A DNA stretch of 63,960 nucleotides, the filler included, from Intoshia linei (taxonomy: Eukaryota > Animalia > Orthonectida), in the NCBI GenBank assembly GCA_001642005.1. It is 4 parts of 4 records of this genome, joined end to end, with 100 filler letters (N's around TTAATTAATTAA, not from the genome) between each part and the next. Parts side by side here need not be neighbours in the genome. Positions count along the whole stretch, not along the records: positions 44,590 to 61,133 come from LWCA01000879.1; positions 61,234 to 63,960 come from LWCA01002230.1; 2 more parts are not named here. One strand, given 5' to 3'. Within the stretch, counting starts at the first letter, position 1, and every line of letters begins with the position of its first letter. The translations under genes and the position numbers were made by a program. This document shows, piece by piece, positions 51,601 to 63,960 of this stretch. Below the pieces are notes generated by a model. It did no database searches. It was not told the DNA's origin and saw only the letters and a program-made list of their open reading frames with translations.

Positions 51601-53954
51601 AATTGTTTATAAAGTTTGCTTGGATCGATACTGTTAACAATCCTGTCCAATTTTTTTAACATGGTTTTGTAGTCTATTAATTCTGTCCATTTTTGAGCAT
51701 TATCTATTCTTGCGGATAAAACTTGTTGCATTTTTTCTAAACCCTAAATAATAAATTTTATAATGTCAAACGCAAAAGTCTTTTTGAGAATTTCTGAGAT
51801 TAAACCTAGAATATTGAATTCTCATTAAAAAATAAATATATCATCAATGATCAAGCCTGCTCCATTTGCTGGTTTTTATTAACAGCAAAAACAATGCTCA
51901 TAACTTTACTTGTACAGAAATTTTTTTTAAATCTTTGATTATATAATATGCTATGCAATATTTGTTTGTGTATGTGTTACCGTTTATTTCAATAACTATC
52001 AGTCTTAGAATTTATAAAGTCCACAATACAGCCCAATTACAGTTTTTTTGAGGGTTTATAGCAAAATAAATTTTAACCTCCCAAACTCACATCTTACGGG
52101 TAAAAAAGCCAATTATATTTTTTTTTGAAAATCAAACGAGTTCGAGAATTTAAAAAAATATATTCTCTAATACGGATTTTAAAGTCATCAATATTATAAT
52201 AAATTTAAATTTAAAAAAAATATATCTTCAGGGCCAAAGCCACAACCATAACAAAACACCATAACCACCATAACAGGCCATAACACCCTTTTTTTTTAAT
52301 GAAAACAGCCCTATAATATATAAAAATTTACAGGTAGTACAGTTTTTTTACTGTACACTCACAGATAAAATCTATCCTAAAATTAATGTTTTTTAAAATT
52401 TTACTTTTTTTAGTTTTCTAAGTAATCGGGAATACATAAACATTTAATATACATTAGTAACGGATTATCCATTTGTTCAGTTCATATAATCAGTCTCAAG
52501 ATTGATTACGTATTTGATTAATAAAATGATTACCGGAATTTGAATTGGGTATATATCATTATTTGTATCTTCTTTCGTTGCATTGTGTTTTATCTCATAA
52601 TCATTCGATATAACCGAAGTGTATGCATCATCTTAAAACAAATTAAAAGTAATGAAAAATATATACTCTATTTATAAGTGTTTATTAAGGCATTACCACA
52701 AACAGCTGAAATGGTTGAATCTCTGAATGTTAGAGACATATCATCAACATTTCTATTTAACTCGTCATCCACAGCATTAGATGTAGTAGTAGATATACTA
52801 ATTTGGTCTTGAGTTGTGAATGTCGAAGAACAAATACTATCTTCAACCTGGTTTATTCCATAAAAACTTAATACGTCCAAAATCACTTGAGAATTATGCA
52901 TTTGATTTCCACCATTTATCTTGACATGATCATCCAAAACATGTCCCAATTGCTACAAATGTATTTTTAGTATATTATAAAACTTATTCGTAAGCTTTCA
53001 AATTCAAGGACCGTATCTTAGGTAAAAGTTTCGTGGTATGACACTGGGCGGTTTGATATTATGGGTTATTTTTGATACCCAATTTCATAAATGTATTCAT
53101 ACTGTTTATATATGCATAATTTCAAGTGTCGCGGTCATTAGCGCATGTCTTAAAATGGGTCCCGGCAACCAGGGGTACTAAAAATTTTATAATTTTGGGT
53201 CTTTTCAATGAAAGATGGAACCAAAAAATATCTACTATAGTAATCGGAATGTTACTATAGTGATACTAGCATTTTATGTGAATTTAAATTTATATAAATT
53301 TTTGGGATTGCCAAATCCAGTTGTATTCAATTAAAACGTTCTAAATGGAAAAAGGTTAAGAACCCATGATTTAGTCTAAGTTTCAAAAGATTACACTTTA
53401 AGACATAATCATTGTCACTGCTTTTACATCGTAACCATAAACGACTTGATATGACTCTATTAACCCTAAATGACAAGGTAAGATGACCATGTCAATTAAA
53501 AATATGTATAATATATTTTTGACCAGTTTATGAATATTTGCATAGTTGGAACTCCCAACACGTGTTTAATTAATCAGTGACGTTATAAATGAAAATGTTG
53601 AAATTCATATACTTCTTGTTTAGATAAATCATATTTAATTAATTTATCATTATTTGGAATGATTTCATCCATTTTTCTAATATTTTCTTGTTTCAAATAT
53701 TTACTCTTCTTTCGGGCACTCTTAGGCACCTCGGGAAGCGGCTTTGTAAAATTTGCAGTATCTCCATTATAACTAAATTTTCATTTACCCACAACCTTAT
53801 TAGTTTTAATATTATGCAAGATACAAATGAACACTTACTAAAAACTTCCGAGTCGTGTAGGTGGAGGCGGTGCAGCACTGTTTCTCCGATTTTTTGACTC
53901 AGCCTTGAGAAAAAAAAATGATTATGATATAGAACGATTTACCTGGTTAGACAT
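48615..53954 (-). CDS. PAK: Group I p21-activated kinase (PAK1/2/3-like), multi-exon
   Basis: N-terminus MSNQ|[17 protein letters not shown]...KPLPEVP; inhibitory-switch-like [12 protein letters not shown]; kinase motifs [92 protein letters not shown]. Confidence 0.95.
49913..50179. mobile_element. MITE with 8-bp TSD (P- or hAT-like) in a PAK intron
   Basis: TIRs cagagccaaacctacc / ggtaggtttgactctg; flanks TGCATATC / TACATATC. Confidence 0.75.
51932..52345 (+). mobile_element. Helitron-like 5' part in a PAK intron (a separate minus-strand 3' end lies at 51390-51480)
   Basis: a|tctttgattatataatatgctatgcaatatttgtttgtgtatgtg plus family core; ctagcttgactgttgtgtactttgtacaaacag at 51390. Confidence 0.75.
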
Positions 53955-54238
53955 GAAAAAAATGATTCATGTAAATTTCAATATTTATTGTGTATTTTAC
54001 TTTCTTACCAACGTTTATTGCATTCAAAGTTTAAAAATGTTATGTAAATATTTGTTTAAATACTTCTACTTTCTATCAGCAGTTTCCCAAGATTGAAATA
54101 TATAAACTCATTTAAATTAAATTTTAATCGAAATACTATCTATCTATCTAAAAATCTAATATGAATATTAAATGTACAATGTATATGTAGTTTAATTTTA
54201 AAATACGATGGTGTTCCACAATCGCATTTTGTCTATAA

Positions 54239-57200
54239 CAGAGGGTCTTCAACGGGGGCGATTTTAAAATTTAGGGGCGTTTTGATATTTCTGGGGCAGT
54301 AAAAATTATATTTAAAATTTATTTAAATTGAAAACTATTTTTTTATTGAATTGTTTTCATATTTCTATTAAAATTGTAACAATCTATTTTTATCTACAGC
54401 AGTTTCATTCAGGAAATATTTAAGCTAGTCAAAATAAAGATATTTTTCCAAAATACGAAGTTAACGTTCGGATAAATCAATTATTTGTGTTATAAAAACA
54501 TTTATTAATTTATGTAACATGGCCAGAAAAAATACGTATTATCAATTTTAGTTATTTGGTGTATATGTTTTTGTGTATATGTATTTATGTATATGGTGCT
54601 GAAATTTTTAGAAAATTACAAACTCAAAATGTTAATGTGTCAAGGTTAACTGTTAATTGTAGACTATTGGAGGTAGCTTACACATCTTACCGAAAAACAA
54701 GAAAACACCTCCTTATGAGAGAGAATGAAAAAAACAAGATTTTTATGGGTAAAAAGTCATGAAAATTGGAATGAATATAAATGGAATGATGTTATTTATT
54801 AATAAGTTAAAATAAATTGTATTATATTATATTCATTAATTTTGTACTAATTAATAAAAAACCAATTAATTTGTAATTTTATAGGTTATTTTTTCGGACG
54901 AATCAATGATTTGTGTGATGGGCAACTAATGTAAAAATGTGCGCAGAAGATCATGCGAATCATCAAGGCCAGAATGCATCATACAAACAGTAAAATTTCC
55001 AACAGAAGTAATGGTTTGTGGGTTATATCTTCTGTGGGAATGGGTAAATTACAGATTTGTGAAGGTATAATGAACCAGCATACCTATAAAAATGTATTCA
55101 ACAATTTTTTTGATGAAATGACAGAACGGCACATTGATCAAAAGTATATATTCTTACTTGATTTCGCTCATTGTCACAAATCTGTAACTTCATATTTCCA
55201 AAATGAAGGGATTGACGTTCTTGAATGGCCCGGAAATTTTCCAGATATGAACCCAATCGAAAATGTGTGGGCACAATTGAAAGAGGAAGTTCATAAAATT
55301 CCAATAAGATCAAAATCGGATCTGATTATTCGCCTAGATACAGTATGGAACAATTCTTCTAATTTGAAAAAACTGGAAAAAGACGTATTAATAGTATGCC
55401 ACGGAGAATTATGGTTCTCATACATGCTGAATGAGGTGTTACAAAGTATTAATTAATTCCAATTAAACATAAATATATATGTAACTTATATTCAAAATTT
55501 TATTTCATTTCATCTACTCATTAGTGAATTAGTAACAAAAGAATATGTAAAAAATAATTATTATAATCTTATGATTAAGACTGTAGGTAAATATTTAAGT
55601 ATATTATAAATATAAACAAATTTATAGTATAATTATAACTGATGCCAGCCAAGAAGAAATGCCGTCAGTATTCTATTGAATATCTAAAAATATGATTTAT
55701 TCAATCACCGGTTGATGAGAGGTTACCAATGTCCCTCTTTTGTATGCAGTCATTCTTTAATGAAGCTATGAAACCTAGTAGATTACAAAAGCACTTGATT
55801 TGCCGACATTCCGATAAAAAAGAAAAACCATTAGAATTTTTGTAAGAACTACAAAAAAATATCATAATGAATAAATCGGAAGTGTCATTACAAAAGTCAA
55901 TAAAAAGGTGGAAGATGGCCTTTTTACTTCATACGAAATAGCAGAAATTATTGCTAAGTCAGGAAAACCATACAACGTTGACGAAAGATTATAATTCCTG
56001 TATTACGGGAGGTTATACAAAATGTAATGCACCAAAGTGCAGATACCGTTCTCTCAGTACTCCCTTTGAGTGATACAACCATTCAAAGGCGCATTGACGA
56101 AATGACCAGTAAAGGAAAAACAACTTGATTTAGTCTCAAATTATTTGCGAAAAAATGATATCCCGTTAAATAATATAATTAGTTGTGCTACAGATCGAGC
56201 ACCATCCATGATTGGCCCATATAGAGGGTTCATATCTTACTTAAAAAATGAAGTACCAAATGTACTGACAATTCATTATATAATACACAGGCAACATTTA
56301 GTTTCTAAAAAATTAAGTCATCGATTGCATGAATCTTTACACGTAGTAATTGATTCTGTCAATAAAATAAAGGCTAATTCTAAATTAATTGCATTTTTAC
56401 TCAGTTATGTTATGAGAACGATGAAAATTACAACAATTTATTATATCATACTCAAGTTAGAGGGCTGTCAAAGGGTTTATGTCTTAATAAATTTGTTAAT
56501 ATGTTCAATATTATATTATTGTTTTTTGAAGAAAACGATTTTAGTACGTACGATAAGTTAAATATTTCAAAAAATGATATATTTTACCTCAGTGACGTTT
56601 ATCAAATGCTGAATAATATTAATCTCAAATTACAGGGAAAAATGTTAACCCTTGTTGATTGCAAACGAATTATAAAGAGCTTTATTGATAAAATTGATAT
56701 CTTTCGAAATAATATTCTAAAAAGAGAATTTTATCAATTTTCAAATTTATCCTTATTAAAAAAAAATATTAATCCTGATGATTTAAAATGCTACGGCTAT
56801 CATTTCAGCCTATTAAAAAATGATACAATTATTCGCTTTGAAGATATTATTGACTTGGAAATAGAAACGTGGATAATCAATACATTTATTACTGATATTA
56901 CTCAAGTTGCCGTGAATAACCAAGAAGAATTGGTTGAATTAAAAAATAATGAAACGTCTTTTATATTTTTCAAAGAAGGTGGATACATAAAAATGTGGCA
57001 AAGATGTTCCATGCTAAGTTTATATTCAAAATTGTGGAACAAAATAGAATTTTTATTTTTTGCGTTCCCTTCAACATACCTGGTAGAATCTGCGTTTAGT
57101 TTAGTTTTAAATATACTCACTAAGCAGAGAAACCGACTAAATATTGTCAATCGTGGAGACCTGCGAATAAATCTTACTAATTTTAAACCGGATATAAAAA

Positions 57201-57387
57201 AACTTTCTGCGAATCACCAAGCCCAAGGTTCTCATTAAACAGTATTTATTTTAACTTGTAAATAAACATATTTCGAATAATATGTTAGGTAATCCATAAC
57301 AAAGTTACCTTTTTATTTATTATCCATGGATACTATATAATTTTTTATTTTGGGCAGCGTTAGCTTAGAAAAAGTTGAGTACCCCTG
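54239..57387 (+). mobile_element. hAT Buster-type transposon with frameshifted transposase (about 55650-57238)
   Basis: Exact TSD GTCTATAA (54231-54238 and 57388-57395); TIRs cagagggtcttcaac / gttgagtacccctg. Motifs: BED-like PMSLFCM..EAMKPSRLQKHL..RH, PLSDTTIQRRI, CATDRAPSMIG, IHYIIHRQHL, FPSTYLVESAFS, RNRLNI..RGDLR. Confidence 0.93.
54397..55583 (+). mobile_element. Tc1-like (DD34E) transposon nested in the Buster element
   Basis: WND|VIFSDES, MVCG, YIFLLDFAHCH and WPGNFPDMNPIENVWAQLK, with frameshifts. Boundaries (ta|cag ... ctg|ta) are tentative. Confidence 0.8.
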
Positions 57388-57707
57388 GTCTATAAGAAGC
57401 ATTGTGCAGTGGCAATTAGACAGACTCACAAATCTTGACATGATTTTGAAAACAATTCCAGAAATCTTAGAGCAGGGATCAGTAACCTTTTTTAACGATC
57501 GGACCGGATGTATTTATCCTATTTAGAGGTAAAGCTGTTTCAGGAATCAGGGTAAATTGTTTTTAAAAGTCACATCTGAACAATTAGCCCACGCAAATAG
57601 AAATATAGATACATTTGTATGAAATAACGATAAAAACTGTATTATAATTATAAATGCATATATACAAAAAATAATATTATGCTAATAATCTTGAATTCTC
57701 TAATAAA

Positions 57708-60398
57708 CTATTCATCTGCCCCGTGGCCTGAACGTTTCTTTAAATGTCCACTATCTACTTCAAGATTACCAATAGAAGACTTGGTTAAATGTATAGTATT
57801 GGAAGTACCACTTTTTATTTTGTCCATAAACTAGAATATTATTAAAATATAAATACATAAAAATTATCATACCCTTATAAATTCATGCATTTCAATTTGG
57901 CCGTTCCTATTCATATCAATTTCATTAAAAATAATATGTAACTCTGTGTGTTTAATATCATTATTGATTGACTAATTGAATTTTTTATTTTTTTAAATTA
58001 ATTACTCATTAAGGTTACCCTGATGTATTCAGCAACTCTGTTGTAAGTTAGAAATCCTTCATTTTTGGAATCTAATATTTTATACTGTTTCTTGAAATTT
58101 TCAATTTCATCTTCAGTTAATGTCAATGTTTCATGAGGAATTTCGCGCAAATGCATTCCCATTTGTGTTTTTAAAAAGTTAATGCAATCTTCATATTCTT
58201 TCTAGAATTTATTTTTAAAAATGTCGATAATTTAACGTAAAACATTAAAAAATAAACCTTTTTTGATTTTTTCAGAATGTTTCATGTTATATCATATTTT
58301 ATATACCTTCTTTGTTAGTATTGCTTAACATGTGGCTCATTATAATAATTATTTCGTCAAAGTGCAATAGATTACATTTCTTTAAAATTAAGATTACTAC
58401 ATTGTATCTTATTCGATATTTATCGGATATATGCAGGGACGTGTAGAGGGCTAGGGTCATATGACTGATTCAATCATATTTTATCAGTATAAATATACTT
58501 GTGAACTTATCTCACAATTTGTTTATATACACAGTGTTATTATTATAAAAGTTCAAAGCTCACAATCTCATGTAATGTGATTCTATGTTAATTAATTAAA
58601 ACGTGATGACATAGTTTAGAAATATTAAAAAAATAAATTATTAATTCTAAACATTAGATTCATAATTTTAGAAGAATTTAAATTTATAGCACACATAAAA
58701 ATTCACATAAAACTCTTAGTTTCAGTCTTAGAAATTGATTTCTTCCTTAGATACCGTCAAAATATTGTTGGAATCCTACATAAATTATAATATTTTAGGG
58801 TTGAGTATGATAGTTTCGGTTATGCTGGGTTCCCTTATTATTCGATAATTTTTACTGTTATTACTTGCATTTTTTATAAAGTAACATACTTTGAATCTGT
58901 TTTTGTGGTAAAGAGATTGTCGGTTTGAAAAAATTTAAAACAATAAAATTTTGAACGTCCATTCTCTAGAGCAGTGATTCCCAAGTTGGAAATCCTTTTA
59001 ATTAAATTTAAAAAAAATATATCTTTAGGGACAAAAATGTGCAGAGCTAGTGGTGTTTGTACGTAGTACATAAATATATATTATTGAATGTGCGTGCTGC
59101 AGTTTATTTAAAAAAACTTTCCTTAAAAACCCAACCAAATTTTCGTCCCACTATAATGTTGACAATCTTTTAAAATTATCAAAATGAATATAATCTGAAT
59201 AGAATAAATTATAATGTAACTAGATCTATTGAAATGTATACCTTTTTCCTAGTTTCGTTCCAATTCAACTCTTTAGCCATAATGTTTATAATTTTTGGTA
59301 AAATTTCAAGGGTAGCATACACATTAACAAAAGCTATGCGAATTCTTCTAGATATTACATCCACAGCGGAACAAGCATATTCTTTAATGGAATATTTAAC
59401 CTAAATAATTAAGATTAACATTTCAATAAGTTAATTGACCTCGCATTCCAAATATGGATAATTTTCATGTAATTTCTTACCAAGAATAGGCCATTTTTTA
59501 TTAGAAAGTTCAGCATTACTAACCACATCATAAGCATTCATACCATATGTAGCTGAAAGGTGATGTGACACCTTTGGATCTATTCCCAAATCTTGAATAA
59601 GAGACATTTTAGGTATAAGCGGACTCCATCCCTTGGATCCATCAAGTAACAATCCTTTTGTAAGACAATCGTTAGTTGGTAGTAAATTACCCACCTGTAT
59701 AATAATTTTAATTGATTAATTTACAATAAAATAATATATTATTAACTTAATAAAAGAAAAAACCTTAATTGCTGTATCAACTGTTTCTTGAGCCATTTGT
59801 CGATATGTTGTCCATTTTCCACCTAACCAAGAATTATGTCATGTTTTACAATATATACCAGATATAGTAACTAAATTATTATCACTGACGTTTATTACAT
59901 GATTTCTGGCAAGCGATTCAGTGTTTTTAGCTTTGGGGTCAATAACTAATGGACGAATTCCACACCAAGATGATAGAACATCGCTTCGTCGAACTATAAC
60001 ACAAATGTAGTAGAATAGTAAAAATAAAGAATATTAATTAAGGGATACCACTGATATCTTTATCAAAGTAGTTGCGAAGTTCGTTTAAAATAAAATTTAT
60101 TCCTTCTTCAGAAGGTGCAGGTTCAAATGTTAATTTACAATCTTCGTCGGTTGTTCCTAAAAGTAAGGTTTATAACACGAATTTTTTAAACTATGCAGTT
60201 CTTTATTTGCTGTTGTAAAGTCCACCAATTTTTTTAAAACATCTATAAAACTGAAGTATGTCTATTGAATACGTTTTATTCAAATATTTGACATGTATTA
60301 GAGTATAAATACCCGCAATTGTGCCGTTTTGCCATGGCAACAAAAATATAACTCGTCCATCTTTTGTACATGGGTCTAATAACCCCATTTCTGCCGAA
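57708..60398 (-). CDS. GPD2: Mitochondrial FAD glycerol-3-phosphate dehydrogenase with EF-hands, 3' nine exons; 5' part not in the window
   Basis: MGLLDPCTKDGRVIFLLPW, GTTD, DVLSSWCGIRPLV, LARNH, ISGGKWTTYRQMA, HLSATYG, YPYLECEVKY, EYACSAVDVISRR, EF-hand EIDMNRNGQIEMHEF; stop at 57708. Confidence 0.95.
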
Positions 60399-60687
60399 CT
60401 AAATTATATAAAAGTGAGTCTAAACAACTAGTACATAGTTACATATCTATAATTGGGTCGATAATTACAATGATTGGGAATGTGTGAAAAATGTAACCTT
60501 TTTAATCTAAAAATTTTGAATTTTTTTGTTACCCGTCAGTTGGAGTTACCGTCTACGTGAAGAATCGCGTAAATAATCCAGTTCTACCGCTAGTTAATTG
60601 CGAGTCCGAAAGGGGAATACTTTTTAAATAACATTGTAGTCAATAATACTATTTTATTTAACATTTATCTATATAAACCCTAGTCAC

Positions 60688-62770
60688 TAGGGTGTCAAAT
60701 TTTTTTGTATTTTTTCGTTTTTGATAAACGTGTAGATTTAAATGAAAATAAAATATTTTGTTGAGCATATAGTCGTATAAAATTTATAAAAATAATCATA
60801 AACAAATTCGCGGTGCACGTCTCAATATTTACAATGTAAAAAAGTTATATTTCACACTTATTTATTTTTTAAATATAGTGCAATCGCGCTAAGTCAAATT
60901 AAAAAATTTTAATAAAAATTGCACTTTGGGGATAAATAAATCGTGATTTAACTTATTTCTAAATGATGTAAAATGTCAGAAATGCATAGTTACAATCATA
61001 CAAAATAGATGATATTTAATGAAATTGTAAATTTAACTTCGCGAGATGCAAATTTAACACATAAATAATTAATTAATTGTACAATTAAGTTAATTAAAAT
61101 GTATCTTTTATTATAAAATTAGGTATTAATGAANNNNNNNNNNNNNNNNNNNNNNNNNNNNNNNNNNNNNNNNNNNNTTAATTAATTAANNNNNNNNNNN
61201 NNNNNNNNNNNNNNNNNNNNNNNNNNNNNNNNNTAATCGCAACACCCGGGTTTTCTTCATATTGAACACATACTACCAGTTCCTCAATAATATTATTGGA
61301 CCAATCTTTACATCTACGACCGTCAAAGTGAAGACTTAATTTTTTGGTAGATATATAATTTTTTAATTGATTAAAATGTCTCTCAAACAGGTTGCGTTTG
61401 TTTCTCCATATTGAGGACGTTGATATTCCACAATATCCAAATACATCATCTAATATTCCCTGACAGGTTCTGTAGGACAATTTGAATTTGGTACATAGGT
61501 TTGATGACAAAGTTTTAATATCTTTATATTGCCGCTTACCTTTATAAATATTTGTATTTTAATCATATTCAAAGTACATTTTATCGTATACTCCACTTTC
61601 TCTTTCAATTTGAGTTTCATTTATAACTTTTATATTCTTAAATCTTTGAGGTGTATACGGGTAAATTTTTGTGGATGGACCAGCGATACATCCAATACTT
61701 TTTCTTGATTTTCCAGGAACAGTAAATCTTCGTTTAGTACTTTTGATTGATCACTTTTATAACAATAAAATCGTTACATTGTGGAGTATTTCTCCTTCTA
61801 GAGGCTATTCTATATTCACTATATAACTTTTTTAATTTGTCTTCCATCCCCTTTCTTCCAATAATGTTTAACCCAGTTTTAATATATATTTCACTCAATT
61901 TACCACTAATTATTCTGAAAACGAATACTTTTTTACTTTGTTTCAAACATAATATTCTTCGAAGAACATTTTTTCTTGAGGGTATTTTATTGAGGTTCAA
62001 ATCATAATCAAAATAATGACCAACAGCACAGTCCAATTGATGAGAAGTCATATTGAATAAAATAAAAGTATTATAAAATGTAAATAAAGTAATTAATTGT
62101 TCACGCATGTAAATAAAACATAGATTTAAGTTAAATCCGTATATTTTAAATTTAAACTATATTTTATAATCCACTTCAAATTTCAATATTTGTAAAACTT
62201 AAATTCCTGACTTGTAAACATATGAATAAGTTGATAAATATCACCATCCATGTTAATAAGTGAAAAGAAATTACTTAAGCATAGCTTGCCTACCGACATA
62301 TCAAAATCACACGTGACGAATGGTTTAAATAATATAAAAATTATCAATGTAAATTAATGTAATCCTTAATACGTACATTTTAGAAATAAGTTATAAATAT
62401 TGCGGATTAAAAAAATACACCAAGGAGAGAAAAAATCAATGCATATCTTCTGCAGAAAATGAATTATCCTTTTTAATTCTTTATTATATAACTTAATTTA
62501 AATGCCAATTGATATTGTGTAATTTTGAAAGAGGAAAAACCCAAAAACAGCTAAACCAAACATTTTTTTTTAATATCATATTTATTAAAAAGTATATAAT
62601 AAACTAAAATAATCAAGTTCATATTAATATTAATTTAAAAACTTTAAACGTAATGCGCAACTCATCGGCACAATTTTGTTGAATTTTAATGCCAACATGA
62701 TGTTTGTAATACTAATACTAGACTAAATTGTCCTACCTTAAATAAAGATTCCAATTTGTGAAACACCCTA
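60688..62770 (-). mobile_element. hATm-like DNA transposon (TAGGGTG ends), spanning a gap
   Basis: Ends tagggtgtcaaa (60688) and aaacacccta (62770). Transposase N-half: KIPSRKNVL...IYIKTGL...KLKKLYSEY and LSLHFDGR...EELVVCV. No TSD seen; family name from memory. Confidence 0.65.
61134..61233. other. Scaffold gap with artificial spacer
   Basis: N-TTAATTAATTAA-N. Confidence 0.97.
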
Positions 62771-62799
62771 ATATGCATACTAAAATGTTTTTTTGATCG

Positions 62800-63226
62800 T
62801 ATTAAGCGTCACTTATTCAGATTGAAATTTTTTTGGTGTGTGTTAACAGGATACAACTGTACCACCTGTAATTTTTTTTAAATTATAGAAATGTTTTCAT
62901 AAAAAAAAATGTAATTTGTATTTTTGGCCCTGAAGATATATTTTTTTAAAATTTAAATTTATGATAATATTTATGATTTTATAATCCGTATCAGCGTATA
63001 AATTTTTTTAAATTCTCCAACTTGTTTGATTTTCAAAAAGAGAGACAATTAGGCTGTTTGACGCGTAAGATGTGAGTTTGGGAGGTTGAAATTTATTTTT
63101 TTAACACCCCGGAAAAAACTGTAATTGAAATGTGGACTTTATAAATTCTAAGGCTGGTAGTTATTGAAATAAACGGTAAGACACACACACTAATAAATAT
63201 TGCATAGCATATTATATAAGTAAGGA
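62800..63226 (-). mobile_element. Helitron-like 5' part
   Basis: Family core in reverse, ending acacacacac...attatataagtaagga|t. Confidence 0.8.
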
Positions 63227-63242
63227 TGTAAAATATGTATAA

Positions 63243-63960
63243 TAGGGTGTCACATTTTTTCAAAAATTTGAGAATTTTTAGGACAAACGGCGCGCATCCT
63301 ATGTATTTTGTTGCAAAAATTAATAATCTGGAATATTATATTCCAAAAATGCTTATTCGAGTGGGGTTGGTCATTTTAAATATAACATAAAAATATTAAG
63401 TAAAATTTAAAACTAAACTTTATTTGAAAAAAAATGACAAATAATTGTATAACCATGGTTCTGGTTTATAATGTTATCTATTAATATTATGTTATTAATT
63501 ATTATCAAAAAAATGAATATGAATGCATCACAGGCAATAAATAATCGATAAAAAATAATAAAATGATATAATTAATATATTTACATGTATATCAATAATT
63601 ATTTACCCATCATAGAAAAAATCAACATTTTAAAGTTAAGTTAGATTAACGTTTATCGTTGATACCAAAATTTGAATTTGATTCTCAATCTTTGTTAAAT
63701 TAGAACATTTTTTAAATTTTGAAAGTGCTCATTCTGCCGAATCATTGACCACTGGTGCAATTCCAATTTTGTAATATCCAAACCCATATAATAATCATGA
63801 TTGTCATGTTTATTAAATGCACTGTCACATAATGATTTAAGCCATATGGATTTACGGCTTAATTTCTGTCAACATTCTTTAAGAGCTTTAAGAGCGTATA
63901 TTATCTTCGACATCCATCGAGCCTTGGATATTGCACCAGGTTTCAATAGTCTAACTGTAC
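63243..63960 (-). mobile_element. Second hATm-like element, 3' end with decayed transposase C-terminus
   Basis: End tagggtgtcacattttttt; minus-strand peptides KPGAISKARWMSKIIYALK and APVVNDSAE. Confidence 0.65.

Noticed and set aside
21487-55845. Recurrent in-frame TAA in otherwise open frames (21487, about 30388, 39097, about 55842), suggesting stop-codon reassignment
   Set aside because: Intact genes (LUC7-A, lamin, OSGEPL1, PAK) end in TAA and have no internal ones. The cases lie in decayed sequences or in a removable intron.
29090-61233. TTAATTAATTAA flanked by N runs, three times
   Set aside because: Artificial six-frame-stop scaffold spacer, not biology. ORFs running into it are truncated artefacts.

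Overview
Very AT-rich animal genomic DNA with many short (about 35-100 nt) GT-AG introns and strongly diverged proteins. Lamin, serpin, a PHLDB-type PH domain and a group I PAK point to a metazoan. A reduced parasite such as the orthonectid Intoshia is my unverified guess. The ORF track fragments most genes, so the models below were spliced by hand. Host genes: RPL19 (+); a tandem pair of LUC7-like U1 snRNP genes (-), one intact with an RS tail and one RS-less copy with three lesions that splicing could bypass; a damaged serpin; a roughly 500-aa orphan gene in three tandem copies inside an 11-kb nested segmental duplication; OSGEPL1; a compact Vps10/sortilin-like receptor; the 3' part of a CaaX lamin; a PH-only PHLDB-like gene; a group I PAK with no recognisable CRIB motif; and the 3' part of GPD2. 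Introns and intergenic DNA hold many transposons: about a dozen copies of a non-autonomous Helitron-like family (including a 1.6-kb foldback), hAT/Buster elements with 8-bp TSDs, a Tc1 nested in a Buster, and mariner, MULE, Sola-like, hATm-like, piggyBac-like and CR1-like relics. Three N-TTAATTAATTAA-N scaffold spacers interrupt the sequence. I found no clear-cut new biological system. The best leads are the LUC7 paralogue, the amplified orphan family, the Helitron foldback and the CRIB-less PAK.
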